Shown here: positions 46,625 through 56,425 of the stretch, in pieces
How the letters are laid out: each line of letters opens with the position of its first letter
Position numbering within the stretch: the first letter of the stretch is position 1
Assembly: GCF_001194135.2 (NCBI RefSeq)
Contig: NC_068994.1
Location: 58,915,421-58,979,420, forward strand
Direction: 5' to 3'
Source of the DNA: Octopus bimaculoides
Taxonomy: Eukaryota
DNA length: 64,000 nucleotides
Program-made: the position numbers and the translations under genes
Notes under the pieces: generated by a model
Told to the model about the DNA's origin: nothing
Seen by the model: the letters and a program-made list of their open reading frames with translations, nothing else
The model's database searches: none

Positions 46625-49420
46625 AATATACATTGCACGATTGGTGTGTGGTTGTCAAGCTTGCTTCCTAATCATGATTGCAGATTCAATACCATTGTGA
46701 CACCTTGGGCAAATGTTTTTCTATTATAGCCCCAAGCTAATTAAAGTTGTTAGTTGTTTTGGTAGACAGAAACTCAGGCATACAATGGGGACTGAACCCA
46801 AACGCCATGTTTGCAAAATGCATATCTTGACCAAATAACTGTACCTGTACTATGTTTATATTTGTGCATGGTGATATCTGGTGCATTCAAACAGAAACAC
46901 CCTACAGTATTAAAATCCAACTGAATTCTTTCCCGCCACACCAAAGTATACTTTACACTTTGTATGTTTTGTGAACTAAGTACCAGATAATGCACTGGGG
47001 TTGAGAGACTTGGCTAATATTCCTTGAATGTGATGCCCTCATGCAACAAGTCTAATAGCTGAAACCCTTATGTGTGATGCTCCAGTCTGGCCACTGTCTA
47101 TTGGCTGAAATCAGTAAAAAGATGTTTTAAATTTTTATGCTTCTTATTGCTTATGAATGTTTTTTTTCTATTTTATTATTGCTGTTTCCTTCTTGTTTCA
47201 GATTAAATATGTAATCAGTCAGTTTGTTACAATCGCTGACCTTTCTAATATAGACGTCTGGCAACACAGGTGAGCTTATATATATATATATTTTTACTTA
47301 ATTATTTTTTTGTTTTCGTTTCACACTAAAAGTAATCACCCTACACCATTAAAATGATATGATTTTAGATTCCATACCAACACCTTTTGCAAGTGTCTCC
47401 TAGTCAGAGATGGACCAATGCCTTCTGAATCAAACTTGATTGATAGGAGCTGTATAGAAACCCCCGAGGACTGTCGTGTGATAAACTCCATCAGTCCATT
47501 CTGTGACAAACATTCAGATCAGATCTTTGCTTTCAGTCCCATCCAACCACCAGTTTCACCCAGCAAACGTTCACGGCTGCTGGCCTTTCTCCTCTCCACT
47601 AAGTCTTTATAAACAATAAACTTCTATGTGTGTGCTTTGACCTCAACTTGATGGAAATACCTCAAGATAAATCACCCTTCAGTTTCGTGGTGATATTCAA
47701 CTACCATATTTTCCAACATACAAGTCAAAGTAGTATATAATGCAACCATGTAGTTTAAGCATTCAACCATGCTCTCTTTACTCGTTTCAGTCATTTGACT
47801 GCGGCCATGCTGGCGCACCACCTTCAGTCAAGCAAATCGACCCCAGGACTTATTCTATCGGTCTCTTTTGCCGAACAGCTAAGTTACGGAGACGTAAAAA
47901 CACCAGCATCGGTTGTCAAACNNNNNNNNNNCACCTCCTGCCACGAGGTAGGTTCATCTGGGGCTCTCGACAGGAAGAGGTCCAGCTTTGATTTAAAAAC
48001 CCCTACATCTACTTTGTGCAGGTTCCTGGGGCTCTTTGGGAGAATATTAAAAAGCTGTAGGCCCCTGAAACCCTGACTGTTGCAGTAACTGGTCCTGAAC
48101 TGCGATGGCATTGCTGGGATCTTTGGCACTATGCAGTGTCGTCCCATTCTAGCATTGGTGTAGCTTTCAATGCCAAAATTTGGCACAATTCCTTCCAGGA
48201 TCTTCCAGATGTATATTACTGCATACCTCTCCCACCTTCTCTCCAGGGAGTAGAGTCTTAGCTATTTCAGCCTTTCCCACTAGCTGAGCAGTTGCAAAGA
48301 GACAATCTCCTCTGGATTGCTTCAAGGTATGCTGTTAATTTCACACTGCTGGGTGACCACAGCTGTGAGCAGTAATCCAGGCGGCTGAGGACGAATGTCT
48401 TCCAGAGGATCATCATGGTTTCCTTATATATTAGTTTGACTAAAGGCGGTGCTCCAGCATGGCCATAGTCAAATGACTGAAACAAGTAAAACAGTTATAT
48501 ATGTGTACATAAATGAATAAATATATATATATAAACTTAGCGGTTTGGCAAAAGAGAACGACAGAATAAGTACTAGGCTTCCAAAGAATAAGTCCTGAGG
48601 TGGCAGTGCTACAGCATGGCCGCAGTCAAATGACTGAAATAAAATAAAAAAAATATACACATATATATATACACGACGAGCTTCTTTCGGTTTCTGTTTA
48701 AAAAATCCACTCACAAGGCTTTGGTCAGCCCGTGACTAGTAGAAGACACTTGCCCAAGGTGCCACACAGTGGGACTGATCCCAAAACCATGTGGTTGGTA
48801 AGCAAGCTACTTACCAGACAGCCACTCCTGTTCGAAATCCTGCTGCATTTTACATAGAATTTTTGGTTCTCCAAAGTCGTTTTTGTGTTTGAGTCGATCT
48901 ACCTTTTTTTGGTCGTAAACTCTGGCCTGAGAAATTCAACTTGTTTGCCAAAAGATATGGTAGATGTATATATTCTACGTAGCTGGAGATGTGCAATACT
49001 TCTATCATGTCTGGTATGGATCTACAGTTCACGCTGAGCTGTTTGACCAACTGTCAACAAATTAGGCGTCTGTTGGGTCAGAGGCTGGCCTGGCCTGGGA
49101 TTAAACAACCGATGTGACATAAGCCTGTTGCTGATTATGATGACAATGGCATGGATGATGCTTTAATGAAGATGCTGATATTTCTTCACTTTCATGAGCA
49201 AAAGTCACCCAGGTGAAGATTGTCAAGTTTTGGGGCATTTATTTTTCATCAATTATTCCCCATTTTGGAGACCAATTTACCAAATACTGTTGTTGATGTT
49301 GATTAGAAATCATTATTTATGTAATAAATTATAATTATTATTTGCAGAAAGCGAATCTTTATAGCTGTCTGTGGTACAGGACTGTCACTGCTAACTCTCG
49401 AATTACCAACATCAACCTGA
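25352..49420 (+). CDS. WDR6: WD repeat-containing protein 6 (Trm734 homolog, partner of FTSJ1/Trm7 for tRNA 2'-O-methylation), 24 coding exons, 1206 aa
   Basis: All 24 exons chain in frame with GT-AG ends (3621 nt including stop). WDR6-typical motifs: GPVTAL, DWIWDVRW, LGHN, CILYSA, SGTVFNQVVVW, GHQGVIFS, SVSDDRSIRVW, GHSARVW, TGGGDCSIRVW, CGDRSGS, LHGKAGV, CGGGHRSW, SEDT, HISSVR, SGGGRAQL, DPEMRI, ACSDG, AATDG, HQSGVN, SGGDDNA, SVDQR, IADLS. Confidence 0.93.
25595..25885 (-). mobile_element. tRNA-derived SINE
   Basis: Minus-strand head GTGTGGCTGTACGGCTAAGAAG...GGGTTCAGTTCC. Confidence 0.65.
26430..26940 (-). mobile_element. Hero/R2-like RLE non-LTR retrotransposon 3' fragment in WDR6 intron
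   Basis: DWKLQIDLKGHLVF...TSLRPD...LTEPWEDR...KKTKY...GW...PIDVGC (PD-(D/E)xK endonuclease region). Confidence 0.75.
27931..28029 (+). CDS. WDR6: WDR6 exon c2
   Basis: GIGCYLHIYDLITTRRLQSTKVLPHHNIHGIEK; CCAG acceptor, GTAAGC donor. Confidence 0.85.
28345..28405 (+). CDS. WDR6: WDR6 exon c3
   Basis: EGFLCIYGEKILNIVSYSGK; ACAG acceptor, GTAAAT donor. Confidence 0.8.
28993..29059 (+). CDS. WDR6: WDR6 exon c4
   Basis: RITEEHKSREFQDWIWDVRWLTN; the donor is duplicated across a 10-N gap (GTATGA on the right-hand copy). Confidence 0.85.
29339..29457 (+). CDS. WDR6: WDR6 exon c5 (alternative in-frame acceptor possible at 29315)
   Basis: TDQCPNRNLAITLGHNVIVQWNWTADQLLNYVHCQEQCIL, followed by U12-type donor GTATCCTTT. 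Confidence 0.85.
29458..29643 (+). other. U12-type (minor spliceosome) GT-AG intron 1 in WDR6
   Basis: 5'SS GTATCCTTT; branch-like TCTTTAAC at 29625-29632, about 12 nt before the AG; no polypyrimidine tract; joins CIL-YSA in frame. Confidence 0.85.
29644..29803 (+). CDS. WDR6: WDR6 exon c6
   Basis: YSAHFIGVSWNQLLLASGTVFNQVVVWSP...FTGHQ; GTGAGT donor. Confidence 0.9.
30582..30815 (+). CDS. WDR6: WDR6 exon c7
   Basis: GVIFSIHY...SVSDDRSIRVW...GHSARVWRARLLTTGIISIGE; GTACGT donor. Confidence 0.92.
31035..31460 (+). mobile_element. RTE/BovB-like LINE 3' end with terminal CCHH zinc knuckle
   Basis: PKQMLYGELVNGKR...LQFKDCVK...W...CNVCSYVCLSRAGLINHQR. Confidence 0.8.
32189..32251 (+). CDS. WDR6: WDR6 exon c8
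   Basis: DAVCCIWNAEGQIIQKFKGHK. Confidence 0.88.
32627..32674 (+). CDS. WDR6: WDR6 exon c9
   Basis: GKSIWSLAINEEETIA; GTGAGT donor. Confidence 0.85.
33267..33374 (+). CDS. WDR6: WDR6 exon c10
   Basis: VTGGGDCSIRVWNIGNVEENCKTISKTHLKLDKSIL. Confidence 0.88.
33935..34330 (-). mobile_element. Mariner transposon 3' fragment with TIR remnant
   Basis: Minus strand encodes a QGLEKL..RC.KCVNLRGEYIE*-like transposase end; TIR-like GTGCTGAAAAGTTCCTGGC. Confidence 0.7.
34560..34642 (+). CDS. WDR6: WDR6 exon c11
   Basis: PHTSNQEDFPRSVTYLNFNTVLINANSG; GTAAGT donor. Confidence 0.82.
35270..35424 (+). CDS. WDR6: WDR6 exon c12
   Basis: LLFMYCLSHLKW...FLSYSCLAVS...VMGNLYGSVVVILPT; GTAAGT donor. Confidence 0.85.
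35560..35990 (-). mobile_element. Degraded RTE-like LINE fragment
   Basis: QMEGNQGKGRPILRYKD resembles the RTE G.R..GRP..R..D motif. Confidence 0.45.
36211..36356 (+). CDS. WDR6: WDR6 exon c13
   Basis: GDLDPKQ...VVGKIYSIHWLTDTQILVSEHSGTL. Confidence 0.8.
37464..37649 (+). CDS. WDR6: WDR6 exon c14
   Basis: SVWKL...FCLPPSKHRWVTAACL...VCGDRSGSLYVYPFGKSTDE; GTAAGG donor. Confidence 0.9.
37900..38480 (-). mobile_element. Three tandem SINE copies of decreasing similarity
   Basis: Repeated ...GAAAGGCAAAGTCGACCTC...GGAATTTGAACTCAGAAC units at about 37903, 38095 and 38315. Confidence 0.75.
38818..38979 (+). CDS. WDR6: WDR6 exon c15
   Basis: LCHPEQCFPKLHGKAGVTDVCYHNNYLYTAGRDGHYRQY...NNNK. Confidence 0.88.
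40013..40084 (+). CDS. WDR6: WDR6 exon c16
   Basis: IYKGFDWFEKLLFGDELLLFGFHS; GTAAGT donor. Confidence 0.85.
40475..40651 (+). CDS. WDR6: WDR6 exon c17
   Basis: VNFILWN...EIPCGGGHRSWS...FVYIK...VLK; GTAAGG donor. Confidence 0.9.
40803..40869 (+). CDS. WDR6: WDR6 exon c18
   Basis: QSHHGRQMLDIKHISSTSTQHS. Confidence 0.82.
41920..41988 (+). CDS. WDR6: WDR6 exon c19
   Basis: DVSNHLCIGCSEDTSLQLFHLNF, followed by U12-type donor GTATCCTTG. Confidence 0.85.
41989..43207 (+). other. U12-type GT-AG intron 2 in WDR6
   Basis: 5'SS GTATCCTTG; branch-like CCCCTAAC at 43187-43194, about 14 nt before the AG; no polypyrimidine tract; in frame. Confidence 0.8.
42285..42485. repeat. Degenerate about 35-40-bp minisatellite (GGTACCTCTTTACAGCTAGG...) inside U12 intron 2
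   Basis: Repeated GGTACC/TTTACAGC units. Confidence 0.55.
43208..43655 (+). CDS. WDR6: WDR6 exon c20
   Basis: NMKTLATLQAHISSVRCL...SGGGRAQLNVW...DPEMRILSL...AACSDGTLR. Confidence 0.92.
44469..45097 (+). CDS. WDR6: WDR6 exon c21
   Basis: LYCFDE...HGGSCVLQV...SAATDGQLAFWD...AHQSGVNSLHLLQQQ. Confidence 0.9.
45905..46143 (+). CDS. WDR6: WDR6 exon c22
   Basis: DSSFLLASGGDDNAL...AHAAQITGV...SSSVDQRICVWQL...IAQ; GTAAGA donor. Confidence 0.92.
47202..47269 (+). CDS. WDR6: WDR6 exon c23
   Basis: IKYVISQFVTIADLSNIDVWQH; GTGAGC donor. Confidence 0.85.
47932..48430 (-). mobile_element. CR1-clade LINE ORF2 3' fragment
   Basis: LWKTFVLSRLDYCSQLWSP...LEAIQRR and LFNILPK...FKSKLDLFL..PDEP. Confidence 0.85.
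49348..49420 (+). CDS. WDR6: WDR6 last coding exon c24
   Basis: RKRIFIAVCGTGLSLLTLELPTST*; typical WDR6 terminal V.G.GL strand. Confidence 0.88.
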
Positions 49421-52400
49421 AGCAGCGTCTGCTGGATGATAAGGTTTCATTAAAGATATTTTCTTAAATTTCTGTTAACTTCTTTCTATGAATATTGTCT
49501 TAAAAACCTAGTGCACTGCAGGATGGCTCAGCACTTTGCCGGGCTGTGATTGCAAAACCCTTTAGCCTTCAGATTACTTTGTTAAATGTAAAGCAGACAT
49601 TAAGTGACAATTAAGGCTTATTTAGTCACATTGTCTCATATCTTTGAGATTTTGATGATGTGATTGCTTATTTTTAGAATGACATTGTAGGCTAAGTGTA
49701 AGGGGTTGGATCTGGCTGCTTAGACTATAAAACAGAATATTTGGGTCTGATATGACTGGTTTAAATGCTAAAGGATTAAACCATGAAGATGTGCAGCAAA
49801 TGGGGAGACTTTCTCCATGGATGAAGTCTTGCTGACACAACCAAGTATGTTGGTTGAGAAATGGAAGGAAAGAAGATTCTGTAGAATTGGTAGAAATGCT
49901 TTTTGTAAGAGACCGAAAAAGATTGGCAGGCTGTATGAAACAAGGGGGCATCTGTTTTGGATGAGAAATAAGACTTACAGAATGAAGCTGTGAGGATGAG
50001 TGGTTTTAGGTGTTGTAAGCTGAAGCCTTTGCCAGATCAGCTGACTCAGAGTTGTGATGACAGAGACACAGCAACAAGGAGAGGAAGACCAAGTCCAGGA
50101 TTACAACAGAGGTGAAATCAGTCCATTTATTTGTACAAAAATAGAATCAATAGAAAAACGAAAATGTTTATTAAACAAATTGATAAAGACAGAGTGTGAA
50201 CTTTAAAATATTAGAGGAAGTTGTACAGTAACTGTATAAAGAGCTCGAATTGTTAGCCAGCATTTATATATATATATTATACACACACACACATATGTAT
50301 TTTCAAATATTGAGTAAAAGTTCCCACTTTCAGCCTTATTCTCTTCAGTTAAACTTTTGTGTGTAAGTCACACATACAATTTTCATTGCTTTTTTTTTTG
50401 GTCTCCAATGTCCATAATCTGGACATGTTACAACTAACAATAAACACCACTGTTTCTGGCTGGGTTCACAATATATGTTCTTGCAAGAGTGAGAAGCAAG
50501 GTTTTTTTTTCTTTATATTATTATGAACAAGAGAGTAATTAATGAAAAACAATATACTTGCAACATTAGAACTGGCTGTTATCTTACATTAAACTAATTC
50601 CATTCCCAGTGAACATTGTTCATCTGAGTTGTGTACTCGTTTTGGAGTATTCCAAGGGTTCGTGTGGACTGAGAACCCAAAACATCCAGTATGCTCTTTG
50701 TAACAAAACTAGATGTTCTAAGCTAGCCTTTCCAGCTGACATATAAAAATAACAAAGAATGCAGAAATGTTGAAACAGAGATTATTTAATATAAGGAGAA
50801 ATATTTCCTGCATGCTTCTGTCTTACAAAAAATGAACCAATTGCAGAAATACTTCCATTGAGAACCCAGCCGAAACAAGTGTTAGATTTGTGTAAAAAGA
50901 ACTCCTATTAAGGCAGACACATTAAAAGAATTTCATGAGAAAATAACTAAAATATAATTTAATATATCCTGCTTTGAGTCTTTGCTGCAGGTAAAAAAAC
51001 CCGAATTGAATACATTTTACTTTTGTCACTCTCTCGTATGAAGTGAAAACAATTATAATCTTGTATATTATGAGAGCTAAACCATTTTTAACATATGGAA
51101 GACTATAGGAGTCCAAAACAGTTGCTCTTTGGTGAGTTTATTCAGTATGAAGAAGAATAAAACTGATTTCAAAGAGTCTAATCTCAAGAAATGGGGGGAA
51201 AGTGTTGCTAATAACAACAGCCTGGAACAATGCCATGAGACAATTGCAATTCTCCAGGTGAGAAGACAAAAGAGGACCAAAAAATAGATCAATCATGAGC
51301 AAAGCTACAAGTTAGGAGTCTTGTGCTTCGACCATCCATAAACACCCAGCAAAGGCCATTAGTGTGTGTGTATGTACAGTCAGCAAACTCGGGTATTATC
51401 AAGATACATTTTAAAATATATACTTTGACTTTTTTTTTTAATAAACATAAACCAAATACACAGAACACATTTCTCTTTAACAAAATCACCCCCACCCCCC
51501 CACTAAATATTGCCAAAACATACAAGAAAAGCATGGAACACCTCAAAAGTAAAAAAAACAAACAAATTCCACTTCTCATTTTAGTAGATTTAATGAGAGA
51601 GAATAAGGGAGATTCTGAATAGGAGCAGGACTGGCTAGAAATTGCACTCAAATCACACAATGCCATCTTGAAATGGAATGCACACATAATATGTTGTGGT
51701 CTTGGACGTATATGGTGTGAAGAGAAGTCTAGATGGTTATGGCTGGAATGCAGGATCAGAGGTTAGCACAACTACTACAACTCCTCTGATGCAGAGGTTT
51801 TATATATTGGGGGGGGGGGGGTGAGGAGGATAAGCCCAGCCAAGTTGGCAACAAGTTTGTGTGCAATTGGAAGACTTCAAGTTCAGTCCCACTGCACAAC
51901 ACCTTGGGCAAGAATCTTCAACTATAGGCTTGAAGTGATTAAAACTTTGGGAAAGAGAACTCATGTTGAAGTCTGTGGGTTGCTGGGATTGGTACCTGTT
52001 CTTGGGGTGGTAGAATTAATCTATCACCCAACAGCACCCGGACACCCTTGGGTGCTTTCAGATATATAAACCAGGTTCCCAATCTCTACGGAGTGCTTAG
52101 CCACAGGTCAGTCCTGTTCCAAGAAACCTTTGATCAAAGCCATCCACCCATGACCATCTTGTCTTTACTTCAATTTATGCCAAACGGTGCAGTGCAAGCA
52201 GTGGGGTGGTGTAGAGCAGTGCAGGTGGGTGGCTGACAAGTGTTTCTCTTCTCATTAAAGCAAAGCAGTGAAGAGTGAAGCGGGTGAATTGTGCTCTGGA
52301 GAGAGAGAGAGCAATGCAAGATGGATACTGGGTCAACTTGCTGATTCTCACAGACATGGTCTGAGGAATGGACAAGATAAAGAAAGATCTGTCAGTAATA

Positions 52401-52962
52401 ATTAGTGAAATTTACTTTCTCATTATTTCAGATTCTTTGTTGGAGGATCTGAATGCAAGCAGAATCAGGGGGTCATTAAGGATGAAGACAATCATAAAAA
52501 TGGTGAGTTTTCTCTAAGGGTTTTCCCACTAGAAAAATTGAATTATGTCTGCATAAACTGTAAATTCAAATATTATGAAGATGCTGATCAGAAGTGTTCC
52601 AACCATCCCCTATTTTTGTAAGAGTACATTGTCTAGTATATCAATGTGCGTTAAGGGAATTTTAGTGTTTCCAGAAGGTCAAATTACCATTTAAATAGTC
52701 CGACCAGTTATCTAGTGAAGTGAGAAGTGGAAAGTGTGTGTGTGTTGTATGATTAAGTGAAGGGAGTGAGATAGATGTGTTCTTGGAAGTCTATGTAGGA
52801 TGTGAGTTGTGTATAAGTGCTGGTAAGGGATCGAGTGGTGCCAGGTGACAACAGAGAATGGTACTTACTGAATCCAATGGAGATAACACAGCAAATAAAA
52901 ACAGGGAAAGGCAAAGTCAATACATACATACATGTATAATTTATACACACACAAATACATAC

Positions 52963-53009
<47 letters not shown>

Positions 53010-55629
53010 TATATAACTTATGAATCGCTCAAACGTGGATGTTGATCCACCTCAATAAGGTTAATCGCAGGATGATGTGGTAAAACTAAGGTAGTCATTA
53101 CATGACCACTCAAAAGATTGCGATAGAAGCCAGGCTGTAGTAGCCAATGAGCCCTCTCCAAGGAGACATTAATAGTGAGTGGAGTATATCAGGGAGCTAT
53201 CTTAGACATTCCACATGAAAGGTTACCCCAATCTTATTTATAAGGCATGTGTCAATCCTGGAACCACATGAATGAGAAAAGAAGTTTGTAACAACCCAGC
53301 AATGCAGTCCCAGACTGTCTGTACAACATGGAGCTCCACAATATTGGAGGTGCACTGTACATAGTTCCTTGTCAAACACACACGCACTCACACCAAACTA
53401 TCAAATATCTACTGTCTTATTTCTAATCAACGACAGTAAACAATATGTAATAAATAACAGAAAATTGCTTTCCACTCAAAATTAAGAACCAATTACTCTA
53501 ATGGTTGTCAGCAAACCCGCATTATAATAATTGAGCGGATTAATAAAGAGAGGTAGAAAAGGTAATCATCATCATCATCATCATCATCATTCAATGTCCG
53601 TGCTGGCATGGGTTGTTAGAATTAAGCTCCAGTGGAGTAAAATACTTTATAAAATATATTGCAAGGAAATATCACAGGAAATTTAAACAAGTTGAAGGAA
53701 AAAACAAGAAATATTTTTAACTTCAGGTTGGATGGGGGGGTAACTTAGTAATTAAGGTGTTGAGCTCCTGATAAGGTCATTAGTCCATTTCCTGTGCTGG
53801 GGCAATATGCCCTTTGACTGGGTCCTTTGCTCCCTGATCTGGTAGTTGCTGCAGAAGCTAGGGGCAGATGAATGACTGATGAGAGCCATTCAAACCATAT
53901 AAAGGGTCAATAAGGTGAAAGAAACAAATTTAGTGTGCAGGTACAAGTTCACCAGGGCACAGTTGTCAGTCAGCTCCTAGCAAAGCCTGGAATCAAAAGA
54001 CCTTGAAGGAAACTGAGCAAAGTTCTGGTAAACAGAAAAAAAAAAAACCCAGTCAGCACTTGACTCCGTTCAATGTGTAAAAAAGGTACAGGTAGAAGTT
54101 GCATATTGTACCCAGTGCAGACAGGGGACAAATAAGGGACACTGTGGAAGACTATGGCAGATGTGTAAAAACAGTAAAATACACAAGGACCATATGGGAA
54201 ATATTTCTTCACAAATCACCGAGAGGATGCCCCAGGTGTATGTGTGAGCCAAATCTATACGGTTAATTAAATCCAGTGCATCTCCCCACGAAAGCTAATA
54301 AGCTTGTTTTGTTTTTTAATCATTACAGGTAAGATTAATTGGAACCTCTGTTCTCGTGTCATGTCTTGTTATCATCAGATCAATGAGTGAAAACAGCAGA
54401 GTGTAAATCTCTAAATTCTTAATTTGAATGTAATCCTTTTCACCCATTCTAGTAAGGCAGAGGGAGGGAAGATACAAAAGATATACCAGTCATACACTGG
54501 GGTCAATTCAATCAATGACATTCATTCACCAATAAAAAAAAAATTAATGGAAGAAAACGGTCATAGTTATGCTCTTTAGCAGCTTGGTGCTTCTGAACAG
54601 CTGTGATTGAAGGCCATGCTGGAGTAACACCACAAATTATTATTATTATTATTTTCATTGTCAAAAACAAAACAAAACAAACAAAAAGATAACAAAATAT
54701 GTGGAGAAGCCATGTTTCCGAATGTGTCTGTGTTCCTAGGTTGATATGGCTTGATGTGTGTTTTCTTCTCTGTGGTGAAAAACAAAGAAATTAAAACAAA
54801 CCAAATATAAATGGATACATAATTACACAGACAAGATGAAGGAAGTATTCAATACAAAAAGTAGGGTGCTACATTATTGATTAGAAACTAAAGCTTCTAA
54901 TAAATACTTATTAGAGACACCGTAATGTATTTTCAAACAAATAGTCTGACGTCACACTACAAGAGGGTCTGCATGAAGGCCCCAGGGAACATTCATTGCT
55001 ATCACTACTGAGTCACCCAAATAACAGAAACTATTGACTGTCTCGGAAGTCATTTGAAAGAATTCATCTTACAGCTATTTCTGTGTATTTGCTATATCCT
55101 ACATTCTTTTCTCTGTCCGTATACCAGTAATCTCTTAGGTACACACCACTGCATTTTCTACATTAATCACAAGCAGTAGAGTCTGGTAATGTTTTCTGAT
55201 TAAGGGCTGACAACATCCACCGTGAGCCTTTAGCAAAGGAATCAATTGTGTGTCTCCCCATTTATTTTAAGTGCAATATATAGAAAAAAAAAACCCAGAC
55301 AAGTTCACATAAAACTCCTGCATGCCTGGCAGTTTTTAATTATTTAAACAAATATACAGCATTTGTTATATATTGATTAGAAGTTCAATACACAACACTG
55401 ATTAAAACAGTGCCTTTGCAAGGTTTGCTCTGAACCCCCTCAATTCTAGCCCCCGTTATCCACTTTGGACACTTTTTCTCCTTAAACCATTTAACTAGGA
55501 AAACTAAGCCCTCCCCAGATCAATAAATGCTTCGAGTAGAAATTAGCTCTTACTTAAAAACTTCTCCCTTGGCTAAGAACAGGCATCAATTATAAAAACC
55601 AAAAAATATATTTCACCTAAATCCTTTTC

Positions 55630-55960
55630 CTCATCAGTTGTGCTAGAACTCTGCTCCAGCAATCTGATGTCTTTTCAGTTCCTTGGACATTTCCTTTGCC
55701 ATTTAAACCAGTCACCAGAAATAATATCTTTCTGTATTACTTGTTTGACTATGGAAGTCAGTAACATTGGTCCTACTTTACCAGATATCTTCAGCATCTC
55801 CACAACTATTCCTGACTTTATATCCTTATCTACTGTTCCCTCTGTATTAGCTGTTAACTTCATTACCTGTTCCCTAATGTTGGGTCTACTTGAAAGAGTT
55901 CCATCCCTTTTTCTAAACATTCTGCTCAGACAGTAACATGGTTTAATAGCATTTCTAGTG
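55630..55960 (-). mobile_element. RTE LINE reverse-transcriptase N-terminal fragment
   Basis: SGIVVEMLKISGKVG...LLTSIVKQVI...DW. Confidence 0.7.
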
Positions 55961-56325
55961 ACAGGGAGAGTTCCATCATTTCATACAGGATTTTCACATT
56001 AACCCTGTAAAGTGGTTGGTGTTAGGAAAGGCATTCAACCTCAGAAACTGTGCTAATAACCAATGGAATGTATGAGTGAGACGTGGTCCCCATCCTGTCA
56101 AAGAGAACTGACAGGGGCGGCAATAACCTATGCTAACCCATGCCAGCAATGGTATGCAGATGTAAAATAACAATGAGGACATTATTGGAGTTGGGGATTA
56201 GAAATTATGGGTTGTGAAATGTGAAATTTGAGTTCAGCAGAATGTGAGGATTGCGGAATATGACAAATGTGGCAGAGAAACTGAAAGAAAATAGAAAGTG
56301 AAGATTGTGAAAGCAGGAAAGTCTC

Positions 56326-56425
56326 TTACTTGTCTTCTGATGTGTACAGCTTCTCTTTGTTGATGTAATCAATGACAGCATCTTCAATAAGATATTTCAC
56401 ACTCTCACCTCTCCTTAATGCTCGT
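56326..56425 (-). CDS. NMNAT: NMNAT exon ([12 protein letters not shown]...LYTSEDK*); may instead splice at 56329
   Basis: TTTCCAG acceptor; the TAA stop lies inside AA|GTAAGA. Confidence 0.88.

Noticed and set aside
56205-56329. NMNAT last exon via the acceptor at 56281
   Set aside because: It would need a 49-nt intron and gives an implausible peptide; not excluded, but disfavoured.
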